Of a stretch of 64,000 bases of DNA, positions 17,850 through 27,235 are shown piece by piece (position 1 is the stretch's first letter; every line of letters begins with the position of its first letter). A program made the position numbers and the translations under genes. The notes under the pieces were generated by a model. It worked only from the letters and a program-made list of their open reading frames with translations, did no database searches and was not told the origin of the DNA. Origin of the DNA: a virus; the IMG/VR virus record IMGVR_UViG_3300030419_007010, positions 1 to 64,000 of that record. One strand, given 5' to 3'.

Positions 17850-20675
17850 TTATCTCCTCGATTTCTGTGCCATACGATTATGCATTCTCATATAATCGCT
17901 AGCAGAACTATCTCCAAGGCCCAGCCAGAAGTTCCAATCTCCGGATGAATCTTTCATTGAATTAACTATCTCCCCAGCTAAAATTTTTGCAGATTCTGTT
18001 GAAAGATTTACAGTTAGCGGGCTCTTTGGTGCTGCAGCTGTTGGCGCTCCCGTGACAGCCTGGATTTTTGCTGTGCCTGATTTAACTTCCGGCTTTTCAA
18101 AAGCACCAGCGGCGCCGGCTAGTTGATGTGTCACTGTAGCTAAAGCAGTATAGCCAGTAAGATCTTCAACACTAATCTCTTTTGCTGCTCCGGCAAGATC
18201 TTTAACACCCTGAACCATTCCCGTGAAGGCCACCCCGCCTGCTTCGGCAAACTTTCCTAAACCTTCGAACATCTTTCCTAAACTAGTAAGCCCGTCGCCC
18301 ATTAATTTAAGGGCCAGGGCAACCGCTGTTAAGGCGCCGGCAAATACAAGGAGCCCCATGGCGCCGGGAGTGCCGTAAAAGGCCATCAAAGCCATGCCGG
18401 CAGCTAATATGCCGACACCAGAAGATAATGCCAAGAAACCTAGACCAGCGTCGATTGCGGCGGGGCCGGCTTCTTTGAGCTTATCAACTAAAAGAGCCAT
18501 AGCTGCTATGGGAATTGCCAAGCCTACACCTATCAAAGCGACGGCTCCACCAATAGCGAGTAACCCAGGAGCGGCGAGACTAGAGGCAGCTCCTACTTTA
18601 ATAAGCGCTATCGAAAAAATAAGCATCCCAGCTGCGGCGCCGCCGGCGAGCATGGCGGTCATCCAAAATTCATTCCAACTCATACCTTTAACTGCATCGG
18701 CTAACGTGGCCACACCATGTGCAACGGCTAAGAATCCGACACCAACAAGAGCTAATGCGGCGCCGTAAGCCATAGCTGCTTTTGCTTTGGCCATCATACC
18801 GGCTGTGTCGACTACAGAAGTAACGCCGGTCTTGGCCCGATTTTTTCCAGCGATGGCCTCACGCTGTGTTGCAGAAGCATTTTGGTTTCTTGCTCTGGCT
18901 TCTTCTTTTTTCAGAACTGTTAAAATTTTCATTTGGCTTATTTCCGTGGCGGTTAATCCCAAAAGTACTTTTTTGGCGCCGGCGGAGACTGTTAGCCATG
19001 TCATCCACGCGCCGCCGGCCATAGTAACAAGGCCTGTGAGCGCCACTGCCCAAGCTTGAGTACTTCCTTCTAAATCTACAAACCAATCAATTGCCTTTTT
19101 AAACAATTCAACAAGAGGATCTAAAGTTATAGCTAAAGATTGAAAAGCGGACGCTAGTTTCTTTTGTACATCTATTGCTTGCTTCGCGCGCTCTTCCATT
19201 TCTTTTTGACTCATAGCGGCTGCGCCGGCTTTAGAGATCATCGCATCATATCCCGTAGTACCTGCCTTAAGTAACTTTGTAGCTTCAGCTACATCGCTAA
19301 TACCAGCAGCGCTAGCGAACGCTAGACGACCAAACTTGTTTTCTAATAGAGCAGCTTGCTGTCCAGAAGTTTCAATGGCGCCCAGGACCATACGAACGCG
19401 CTCTTCTTCATCAGCATGAAGTAATTTAACTGTATCTATATACTGTCCACCTAGAAGCGCATTAAGCTGTGCTCCTGCTGTGGCAGCGCCTTCGAATGTA
19501 TCCATCTGTGAGCCGAACGCGCCAGTGAGAGTTTGTACATCGGTATTTAAGGCCTTCGCGGCTGCAGATAATCTCTTAAACACGCCTTCCATATTATCAC
19601 CGTGTTTAGCCAACGAAGAAGCAGAGGCGGCGAATGCTGCGACGATTCTTTCCGGCGAGTCACCGATGGCATCTGCCAGTCCAAGCATCTGCTGTTGAGT
19701 TGCTATGGCTTGTTGTTCTGTCTCTCCAAGCACTGCCATAGCGACCTGGATAGATTGTGAACTAGTTTCGCTTGAGACCCCCATTGCTTCCATTGTGGTT
19801 ACAAAGGCCGTCATTTCTTTTGCGGCTGCTTTGGACAATTGAGAGAATTCACGCACATTATTGTATAGATTGTTATATGCCTTTCCAACTTGTTCTGCTG
19901 TTACAGCCATGCCAAGTTGTGAAATACGTATCTCATTTAGAGAATCATCATATTTACCAAACGCTCCCGTTGATAAATTAACAGATGATTGTGCTGCATC
20001 AACAGCTTTGGCCATGGCTAATGTTGATGCCCCGACGGCCTTTAAAATATCCCAGCCCTTCTCCATGACAGAGTGCCAAGCGCTAGCCAGGAATTCATTG
20101 CTCTTGAGATTCTCGCCTACTTTCTTTAAAACATCTGAAAATGAATGGCCTTGTTCTTTGGCGCTTACAAGGGCCCCAAATATTCCCTTTCGCCACTCCT
20201 CTGTGGCTCCTATCATTCCTTGTATTTCTTTAGTTATAGAGCCAGCCGCTGTTTCGATTTCCAGCATGGCCTCTCTCTGGGCGATGAGTTCCTCGTTTTC
20301 TTTTCTAAATAACTCTACTCCTTTTTCTAAAAGAGCTTGTTTTTTTTCTATCTCTTCGTTTATTTTTGCATGCGCGCCTGCAGACTTTTCTTCTTGTTCC
20401 AGCTGCAACTTTAATGAATCAATTGACTTTCTTAATGCTTCTTCTCCGCCTTCTATATAATCGAGGTTTGATTCTGCTAATTCTATTTCTTTCTCTAGAA
20501 GATCAATCTTTTTTTGAGCAAAGCTTAAGTTTTTTTGCTGTTGAGAAGCTTTCTTCATCTCGTAGTCGTGAAGTTTCTCTACAAGATTCAGCTGTTTTGC
20601 AATAACATCTGCAGCGTCTTTTGCTAGCCTTACCTCTTCTGCGGATATTTTCTTATTCTTAATCTCATCAGCCAT
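17850..20675 (-). CDS. Tail tape measure protein
   Basis: 941 aa, coiled-coil N-terminus, Ala/Gly-rich amphipathic and hydrophobic segments, canonical position in the tail module. Confidence 0.85.
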   Translation of the reverse strand: MADEIKNKKISAEEVRLAKDAADVIAKQLNLVEKLHDYEMKKASQQQKNLSFAQKKIDLLEKEIELAESNLDYIEGGEEALRKSIDSLKLQLEQEEKSAGAHAKINEEIEKKQALLEKGVELFRKENEELIAQREAMLEIETAAGSITKEIQGMIGATEEWRKGIFGALVSAKEQGHSFSDVLKKVGENLKSNEFLASAWHSVMEKGWDILKAVGASTLAMAKAVDAAQSSVNLSTGAFGKYDDSLNEIRISQLGMAVTAEQVGKAYNNLYNNVREFSQLSKAAAKEMTAFVTTMEAMGVSSETSSQSIQVAMAVLGETEQQAIATQQQMLGLADAIGDSPERIVAAFAASASSLAKHGDNMEGVFKRLSAAAKALNTDVQTLTGAFGSQMDTFEGAATAGAQLNALLGGQYIDTVKLLHADEEERVRMVLGAIETSGQQAALLENKFGRLAFASAAGISDVAEATKLLKAGTTGYDAMISKAGAAAMSQKEMEERAKQAIDVQKKLASAFQSLAITLDPLVELFKKAIDWFVDLEGSTQAWAVALTGLVTMAGGAWMTWLTVSAGAKKVLLGLTATEISQMKILTVLKKEEARARNQNASATQREAIAGKNRAKTGVTSVVDTAGMMAKAKAAMAYGAALALVGVGFLAVAHGVATLADAVKGMSWNEFWMTAMLAGGAAAGMLIFSIALIKVGAASSLAAPGLLAIGGAVALIGVGLAIPIAAMALLVDKLKEAGPAAIDAGLGFLALSSGVGILAAGMALMAFYGTPGAMGLLVFAGALTAVALALKLMGDGLTSLGKMFEGLGKFAEAGGVAFTGMVQGVKDLAGAAKEISVEDLTGYTALATVTHQLAGAAGAFEKPEVKSGTAKIQAVTGAPTAAAPKSPLTVNLSTESAKILAGEIVNSMKDSSGDWNFWLGLGDSSASDYMRMHNRMAQKSRR

Positions 20676-20690
20676 TAATTAAATTCCTTT

Positions 20691-21032
20691 CTAGAGAAAC
20701 GGCCATTTAAGACCAGTCCTTCTCTCAAAACTACTAACAGCAGCATTCAAACGTCCGCGCTCCTTATAGGTTCTCGGATCGTCTAAGCCATAATCACTAA
20801 TGGCTTGCATATATCTTTTTTCTCTGCCCAGAGCAGCGGCAAAAGAATCAACTTGCGAAGTAGTTCCCTTAACTTGTATTGGAATTGGCGAGCCATCAAA
20901 CATAGCCCCGAGGATCTTCTTCGTCCAATAACCAAACATTCTTAAGAAGCTTTCATTAAGCTGTCCGGATTCTGCCGTATTTAAATCAATAACGATCTCG
21001 GTTAGTTTGTCTTCATGAAGTTCTTGTTCCAT
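20691..21032 (-). CDS. Hypothetical late protein
   Basis: Own CTACTTA motif (21053-21059) after a terminator; LHE/LTE/LNE sites near the N-terminus. Confidence 0.65.
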   Translation of the reverse strand: MEQELHEDKLTEIVIDLNTAESGQLNESFLRMFGYWTKKILGAMFDGSPIPIQVKGTTSQVDSFAAALGREKRYMQAISDYGLDDPRTYKERGRLNAAVSSFERRTGLKWPFL

Positions 21033-21067
21033 TAGGCATCCCTCTTATACAATAAGTAGTAACATTA

Positions 21068-21095
21068 TAAAAATAAAGGGATCTTGTGATCCCTT
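21068..21095 (-). terminator. Intrinsic terminator after the tail chaperone genes
   Basis: Minus strand AAGGGATC-ACAA-GATCCCTT followed by TATTTTT. Confidence 0.7.
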
Positions 21096-21097
21096 AA

Positions 21098-21299
21098 TTA
21101 TCTTGAATTAGATTCCGACTGTGCTTGCTCCATGGCTTCTTTTTCCATTTCAAATTGCTGCTGCAATCTTTGCACATACCAATTGCGAATCATAGTTGGC
21201 AAACTATAGGCTTCAGTGAAGCTCCAACCGCCATGGTATTTTAAGACGAAGATCTGTTCGTATACTTGTTGAATGTATGTATCATCTAGGCCAAAAAAA
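21098..21299 (-). CDS. Tail/baseplate assembly chaperone second part (gp51/lambda T-like), probably reached by frameshift
   Basis: VYEQIFVLKYHGGWSFTEAYSLP...RNWY resembles gp51-type chaperones; the plausible coding part begins at the T7 run shared with the upstream ORF. Confidence 0.6.
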
Positions 21300-22151
21300 G
21301 TCCGTTGTAAACGGCACCTCCATGTCTTGGGCATGATCACATTCAGTGCATGCGAAGTGTTGAGCTAAATCCATAGTTGGCAAGCTCTTTGCATAGCCGG
21401 TTCTTAAAAATCTAGAATCCTTTGCCGGCATTGTATCAACAAACTGCTCAATTAGATGACGTTCTGTTCTTCCGTTAACCGAAACAATTAACATCTTTAA
21501 TTGATCTGTTAGTGATGAATCTGCCATCTTAATCTTCTTGTTAAGATTTTGTTTTCTCAACAATTCTTTTTCATCGCGGCCGGTCATCATTCTAACATTA
21601 ATAGAAGCCTTTGTAACAGGCAGTTCAAATAAGATTGTGCCATCGTCCTGAATATTTACACCATTTTGCAACAAATCTGTTGCTGTAATCAAATTTGATT
21701 CTTCTAGATCAAATTCATAATCCTGTTTTGAACCACAAGCAGGACACGTAACACTAGTCTGGTATTCAGCGCCATAACCAGTGATTCGGGATCTTACAAT
21801 TAGAGCATTTTTATCTCCAACCAAAAGATCATCTAACTTGACACTCTTGTCAATTAAAACATTCTGTAAAAATCTATCTAAAGCAATTCCCTTTCGAAGA
21901 AGAGCTTGAGAAGTAAGAATATCCTCATCTTTTGCTGTCATAAATCTAATTTCTAGACTTTCAACATTATGGAGAGGGTGCCCGGGTGGGTAGAATTTTC
22001 CCTGTGATGGTAAATCAACAAACTCGGTTGGCGTCGGAAACGCGAATGGCGTCTCTTCTTGCTGTTGAGTTTGCTGAATAACCTCCGGGATAGGGGGAGA
22101 AGAGCCAGCGTTAGCAACGCCTAGGCGCTCTTCGTTATTTCGGATTGTCAT
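21282..22151 (-). CDS. Baseplate hub / tail assembly chaperone (T4 gp26-like)
   Basis: VDLPSQGKFY, MTAKDEDIL, LLVGDKNAL...RITGYG, CPAC and CTEC zinc knuckles, ends DFFWP. Confidence 0.75.
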   Translation of the reverse strand: MTIRNNEERLGVANAGSSPPIPEVIQQTQQQEETPFAFPTPTEFVDLPSQGKFYPPGHPLHNVESLEIRFMTAKDEDILTSQALLRKGIALDRFLQNVLIDKSVKLDDLLVGDKNALIVRSRITGYGAEYQTSVTCPACGSKQDYEFDLEESNLITATDLLQNGVNIQDDGTILFELPVTKASINVRMMTGRDEKELLRKQNLNKKIKMADSSLTDQLKMLIVSVNGRTERHLIEQFVDTMPAKDSRFLRTGYAKSLPTMDLAQHFACTECDHAQDMEVPFTTDFFWPR

Positions 22152-22178
22152 TTTAGCCTCTTTAAAAGATTATTTTAA

Positions 22179-22778
22179 TTATTCTGCAACGGCAGTTGCA
22201 CTACCGTGTACATGTAGTTTAGCATAATCGTAACGGAATGTTACATCTAATTGTAATAAAGCGTCACCAGAGTAATCCAAGTCGCCCCATTTTACATCCG
22301 TTGCCCATGCATTCTTTAGTGTCCAAGTCTCAGCAATATCAGTTTTATTATCAAGATTGTTGCCAATTTCAAGAGTCCTTAATGTTTGGATTTTGATTTG
22401 GTCAAAAGCTTTTGTTGCTAAACCCTTGCCTACGGTGTTTCTTTCAATTTTGCCAGGATATTGATCAGGAGATCTATAGCCAGACTCTAGAATCTTGTTA
22501 TATAACAAATGTGTTACATCACTTTCTGGGCCCTTACCATCTCCGGGATCAACAAAGGTCATCGCGACAGTGTTCCACTCAACTGTGCCTGGGTAATAGA
22601 AAGTATGATTAAGGAATTTGTGTGGCGTCTCGCCGATTTTTAATGAGGGTCTTGAGCATTTTGTAACCAAGAAAGGCTGGAATCCTGGGATCGTGACCAA
22701 AAACTTATATTGGCGTTTTGGCTCGACTGACGCTCCAGACCAAAATCTGAAAGCTGATGCTTTGGGTGTTTTTGCCAT
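22179..22778 (-). CDS. Tail tube protein (T4 gp19-like)
   Basis: EPKRQYKF, YYPGTVEWNTV, ETWTLKNAW..DVKWGDLDYS, VTFRYDYA; immediately after the sheath gene. Confidence 0.88.
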   Translation of the reverse strand: MAKTPKASAFRFWSGASVEPKRQYKFLVTIPGFQPFLVTKCSRPSLKIGETPHKFLNHTFYYPGTVEWNTVAMTFVDPGDGKGPESDVTHLLYNKILESGYRSPDQYPGKIERNTVGKGLATKAFDQIKIQTLRTLEIGNNLDNKTDIAETWTLKNAWATDVKWGDLDYSGDALLQLDVTFRYDYAKLHVHGSATAVAE

Positions 22779-22841
22779 TATTTAATTCCTCCGAGTTTGT
22801 ACTCTATATTTAATTAGACCTTAATATTTTTTTTATGTTTT

Positions 22842-25778
22842 TTAATCTTCAAAAGCTGCCCCGGAGTTTGTAATTACAAAGTCTAGAGCGATAAATTCAA
22901 TAGCTCTGGCGGGCTTAAGGAAAATCTTTGCGTACAAGATGTTTCTATCAACAAGATCTGGTGTTGTCGTAGACTCATCTAATACTACTTTATAATCTGT
23001 CAAGCCCATTCTTGACTTTACATCTTCAAGGAATGGAATTACTCTTCCCAAGAAATTAGCCCAAGTTTGCGATACATTCTGCTCGAAGAGCGTCGTTGCG
23101 GAAACTCTAGAAATTTCTTTCTTCGTATAAATCAGTAGTCTTCTAACATTAATTCTATCCAAAGCCGAGTCTGTGAGTTGCAGAGTCTTTTGACCGAACA
23201 TCACAATACCTTCTGCTGGGAATGTTGCAATGGGATTAATATTAGCTTCGTACAGCTTATCTCTATCCTTGCTTGTTAAGCGCTCGCGGACATTAACAAC
23301 TGGGACGCCGGCAGAGCCTTCTGTAAGTCCGCCGCGCGTGAAGCCAGCAGGGGCGAACCAAAGTTCCGACTTTCTTTCAGAGCTTGAGAACGTTCCCAGC
23401 GCTGCTATGGAAGGTGGAGCCCAAATAATTGAACCGTTAATATTGTCGCGAATTTGTACCCATGGGTAGTAAGCACAACCATAGCTGCTGTTTAAGCCTC
23501 TGTCCTTTAAGTTATCAACTGCTTCAGTAACAGAGCCCAAAGCTTCTGCAGTGCCCTCGTGACGGCTCTTGTAGCCAGTTTTGAGGTCAATTATTGCAAG
23601 AGCGTCGCCACGATCTTCACATGTGTTAACCAAGTGGCCAGTTAAAGCTTCGTCCCAAATACCGGGTGCGGAAGCCAAGTTGAATTCAACAACTTCAGGA
23701 TCAGAAATGCTGTCGATAGCTTTCTTAACCGAGTAGAACGCCGAATTACCTTTTTCGGTAGCGCCGTCCATATCTGTGTTGTTGAACGGATCCGGCTCCA
23801 TAATATCTAGTCCGTCTCGGCCGCCCCACATTGGTGACGTGAATCTATCAAAGCCCTTTGTCAATACAGTCTGATGTGTACCAGAATGTGCAGTTAATGA
23901 GTAGGCGCCATACCTGGAACCGGAAGCGTATGTAGCATTTGTGCCATCATAAGTTAGATCATCTAGCGTGAAGATCCAGCTTTCTACGCCGGTCTCATCA
24001 TATGAGTCAGCATTAATATTTCTAGGCAATGAGCGCGCAATGTCAATATTGCTCTTTTCATATAATGTAGAAGTTTTGGACTCACGCGAGTCGTATCCAA
24101 AATAAGCACTCTTCGGGCTTGAAATTGTAGGATCATCACTTCCCGATCGCAGTGCGAAAGTTGGGAAAGTAAATGAGCAACTAAAAGGTATTTGATTTTG
24201 AGTTGCGACGCCATCAGCTTTGCTTTGATCTGTAATTACCAAGAAAGAACCAGTTGCTTTTGTTCCAAAGCAAGAGTCTTCAATAAAAGGATTAGTAAGT
24301 GCTGCGTTATTATGAATATTCGGAGCTTTTTCTGCTCTCAAAGCAGAGTGAACAACCGCGAAGCCTTTTATTCTTGGTGGGCCATATACGCCGAATGGTA
24401 GTAGGCCTGCATCAGCCTGAGCAGCGTCTACCTCTGAATTCATCTCGACATAAATAAACCTGGAACGATTCTCATAGTTGCCCTTGTCAATATATCTTTT
24501 TTCTGTCTCGTCCCATGTAACATAAGCATCACCAACTTTCTTAGCAATGTAGTTTACAGAGTTAGGATTAAGATTTAGGCCAGTGAACTTTTCTAGTACT
24601 CGGACGGCGCCGTCGTTATCAGAAGCGTGACGTACAACCAAGGAGAATGTTCCATAAGGGTTATCCTTGTTGGTAGAAGCTTTAATATCTTGAATTGAAA
24701 TCTTGATATTGCTGTTTGCCCATCCGCCGTCATCAAGGCTCTTAACTCTAAACAGCTTCTTTGTGTGATTGCGATTATTAGGGTTGAAACCTAGCGCAGA
24801 GCTTCTAACATCTTGCGAAATAAACCAGCCTGTTTTCGAAACTTCAGCTGCCTGTAGACGATCAGCCCATTCTGGAGATGCTCCGTCTTCTGCTAATCCG
24901 GTTATAAATCCAAAGTACCCGTCGCCTGTGTGAGCCAATCCTGTCGTAGTGTCAATAATATCATCTTTAACAGCTTTTTCAAAGGTTTCACCTAGCCAAT
25001 AGGTTTCTAAACTATCTGTGTTAGTGACGCTTGGATTGGTAAGTGTAGGATTAGTGTTGAAAACATTACGAATATATTTATCGCTTTTTCTGTTAAAGTT
25101 GAAAACAGTATTTTTGAGGACGGATCCGTCTGAATCTTTAATAATAGCGCGGAACTCTGGCGTACCGCCGGACGTTGTTTCATTGTTTACAAGAATGTTT
25201 GATCCTGTGACACCGATTGAACGGACAACTGTTGTTCCGGACAACTCAATGCTTCCCTGGCCAACATACCAAACTGCAGCTAGGGTACCCGTACCATGAT
25301 GGCGTGATACGTGTGAACCGGATCCAGCAACGAAGAGCCCGTAAGCTCCGCCGTTTGTGCTAGCAACAGTGGTAATTGAACTAGCGTTGCCTGCGCTTCC
25401 ACCAGTGACGTATCTCGTAGTCCATCCAGCTTCGCCGGCGCCTGCGGTTGCATTTGTGTGTTGGTGTCCCAATAAACGAACATACGTGAGTGGGCTACTA
25501 TTTCTTAACCACGCTTGCGCGGCATATGTACCGTGCATGGGTGAAATAGTGTTGCCGTCTCTCCAAATATCTCCGCCGCGGCCACCAGGAACAGGGTTGC
25601 CAAATACCTCAATAAACTCCGAAAATGACTGGACCCTAACAGGGCGCATGCCCGGGCCTCTAGAGGCGCGTCCGAAAATGACTGGGCCAAGGTTTTCTGC
25701 AACGGCCGGCAAGCCAGAGTTATCGATTTCATCAATAAAAACACCCGGCGATACGAATTTGAACTTTTTAACAGACAT
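22842..25778 (-). CDS. Tail sheath protein (T4 gp18-like); likely start ATG 25778
   Basis: FVSPGVFIDEID N-terminus; C-terminal YYPWV, WFAPAGFTRG, LYEANINPI, GQKTLQ, LDRINVRRL, KPARAIEFI. GGGAG SD before 25778. Confidence 0.95.
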   Translation of the reverse strand: MSVKKFKFVSPGVFIDEIDNSGLPAVAENLGPVIFGRASRGPGMRPVRVQSFSEFIEVFGNPVPGGRGGDIWRDGNTISPMHGTYAAQAWLRNSSPLTYVRLLGHQHTNATAGAGEAGWTTRYVTGGSAGNASSITTVASTNGGAYGLFVAGSGSHVSRHHGTGTLAAVWYVGQGSIELSGTTVVRSIGVTGSNILVNNETTSGGTPEFRAIIKDSDGSVLKNTVFNFNRKSDKYIRNVFNTNPTLTNPSVTNTDSLETYWLGETFEKAVKDDIIDTTTGLAHTGDGYFGFITGLAEDGASPEWADRLQAAEVSKTGWFISQDVRSSALGFNPNNRNHTKKLFRVKSLDDGGWANSNIKISIQDIKASTNKDNPYGTFSLVVRHASDNDGAVRVLEKFTGLNLNPNSVNYIAKKVGDAYVTWDETEKRYIDKGNYENRSRFIYVEMNSEVDAAQADAGLLPFGVYGPPRIKGFAVVHSALRAEKAPNIHNNAALTNPFIEDSCFGTKATGSFLVITDQSKADGVATQNQIPFSCSFTFPTFALRSGSDDPTISSPKSAYFGYDSRESKTSTLYEKSNIDIARSLPRNINADSYDETGVESWIFTLDDLTYDGTNATYASGSRYGAYSLTAHSGTHQTVLTKGFDRFTSPMWGGRDGLDIMEPDPFNNTDMDGATEKGNSAFYSVKKAIDSISDPEVVEFNLASAPGIWDEALTGHLVNTCEDRGDALAIIDLKTGYKSRHEGTAEALGSVTEAVDNLKDRGLNSSYGCAYYPWVQIRDNINGSIIWAPPSIAALGTFSSSERKSELWFAPAGFTRGGLTEGSAGVPVVNVRERLTSKDRDKLYEANINPIATFPAEGIVMFGQKTLQLTDSALDRINVRRLLIYTKKEISRVSATTLFEQNVSQTWANFLGRVIPFLEDVKSRMGLTDYKVVLDESTTTPDLVDRNILYAKIFLKPARAIEFIALDFVITNSGAAFED

Positions 25779-25880
25779 TAGAATATCTCTCCCGTATAAA
25801 GATTCCACATAATTGTGTAAACAATTCTATTTTCTTAAATAAATAGTGCTTTACAAGTCTAAAAGAAAAAATTATAGTAA

Positions 25881-26771
25881 TTATCGATCTCGGTAGAACC
25901 CATCATTTTCAATGTTTGTGTTTTCATCTCCGACAATGACTCTTTCTCTAGGAATTTTAACCTCTACAGCGTTTTCTCTTACTACTATTTTTGGTCTTGT
26001 TTGATTTTTGTCTTCGCCAACCAAATATCCAAGAACCTTGACGTCAACTTTAGTTTTAAACTTTCTTTCTTCTTCGGCTAAATTTGAAGCGTTATTTTCA
26101 AACGAAAAATCAGATTGGATGAGAGCATCATATTCATGGCCATCTCTACCAACTCTAAAAAAGTTAAGACTATTCGTTGTTGTAGCAAAAGGCGTCAATA
26201 GTTCGTTCATTTGTTGCTGATATTCTGTAATAATATTTATACTATAGTTCATTTCGACATAAATTGGCATCGGTATCGTAACAGTTTGTACGACGACTTT
26301 TTTATTTTTTCTCGGAAAATTAATTTGACCTCTTTTGCGTAAAGTATCTGCATTAGCAAAATTTGATGTCTTATCTTGCTTTATTTTTTTTGCAATTGTT
26401 AAACTGCCGCCGGCGACGTCAGGATGGCGCGGAATATTACCAAATATTCCCCCTTTCTTTTGTAGATCTTTTACCATCGAAGTTCTTTCTAAAGTTATAA
26501 CCGGAAAAGTTACGACATCATTGCTGTTTTTTAGATCTTTATTATTTTTTGTATAGAAAGCACGCTCTGCACCAACCCACATAACGGGAACTTTTTCCCA
26601 ACCAGAATTTTTTGTTGCAAATAGATTTAATCTTTTATCCAGCCAATCAAAAACAGCAAAATCAACTGTTTCAATTGTTGATGGCATAAGAATTTCTTCA
26701 TGAATAACAGAAGGATCTTCTAGTTCTGTATAATCACTTGGCATTGAATAGACCCTCTCTAGCTCTGACAC
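25881..26771 (-). CDS. Tail terminator / sheath stabiliser (gp15-like)
   Basis: KVPVMW...ERA, FPVITLERTS, IPMPIYVEMNYSINI; lies between neck and sheath genes. Confidence 0.6.
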   Translation of the reverse strand: MSELERVYSMPSDYTELEDPSVIHEEILMPSTIETVDFAVFDWLDKRLNLFATKNSGWEKVPVMWVGAERAFYTKNNKDLKNSNDVVTFPVITLERTSMVKDLQKKGGIFGNIPRHPDVAGGSLTIAKKIKQDKTSNFANADTLRKRGQINFPRKNKKVVVQTVTIPMPIYVEMNYSINIITEYQQQMNELLTPFATTTNSLNFFRVGRDGHEYDALIQSDFSFENNASNLAEEERKFKTKVDVKVLGYLVGEDKNQTRPKIVVRENAVEVKIPRERVIVGDENTNIENDGFYRDR

Positions 26772-27225
26772 ATTTTGCTGAAATTTCCATTCTATGATCT
26801 ACTTGTCCGAATATTTGTTTTGGTTCGTCAAGTGTTACTATCTCGAAATGAAAATCTCCGTATAAAATAAAGTCACCCTCCCTAACATATAATTCTTGAT
26901 CTTCAGTGAGTCTTCTTTTGTGAAAATGTACCTGAATCGAAGACATTTTATCAAGACCGTAAGAATCTGTTTTTGTTTGGTGGCCCTCCCAAGTTACGAG
27001 AGCATATACTCTAACCGGTGGGAGGAAAGTTTTGTTTATAGCTTCTCCGTACAAAGAATGATAGTTCGTATGTTCTAAACTTAGCGGATAATATAATATC
27101 TGCTGGCCAATAACCCTTTCAATTAGTTCATCATTAACTTGTTTTACAAGATCTCTTTCTTTCTCGCCAAGAAATAGCGGAGGAGGAGGAGATGACGGTT
27201 GTGACCATTTATCTTTATCAGACAT
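26734..27225 (-). CDS. Neck / head closure protein (gp14-like)
   Basis: GQQILYY...SLYGEA...VREGDFI..G...FEI; position after the gp13-like gene. Confidence 0.65.
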   Translation of the reverse strand: MSDKDKWSQPSSPPPPLFLGEKERDLVKQVNDELIERVIGQQILYYPLSLEHTNYHSLYGEAINKTFLPPVRVYALVTWEGHQTKTDSYGLDKMSSIQVHFHKRRLTEDQELYVREGDFILYGDFHFEIVTLDEPKQIFGQVDHRMEISAKCVRAREGLFNAK

Positions 27226-27235
27226 GTATCACCCC

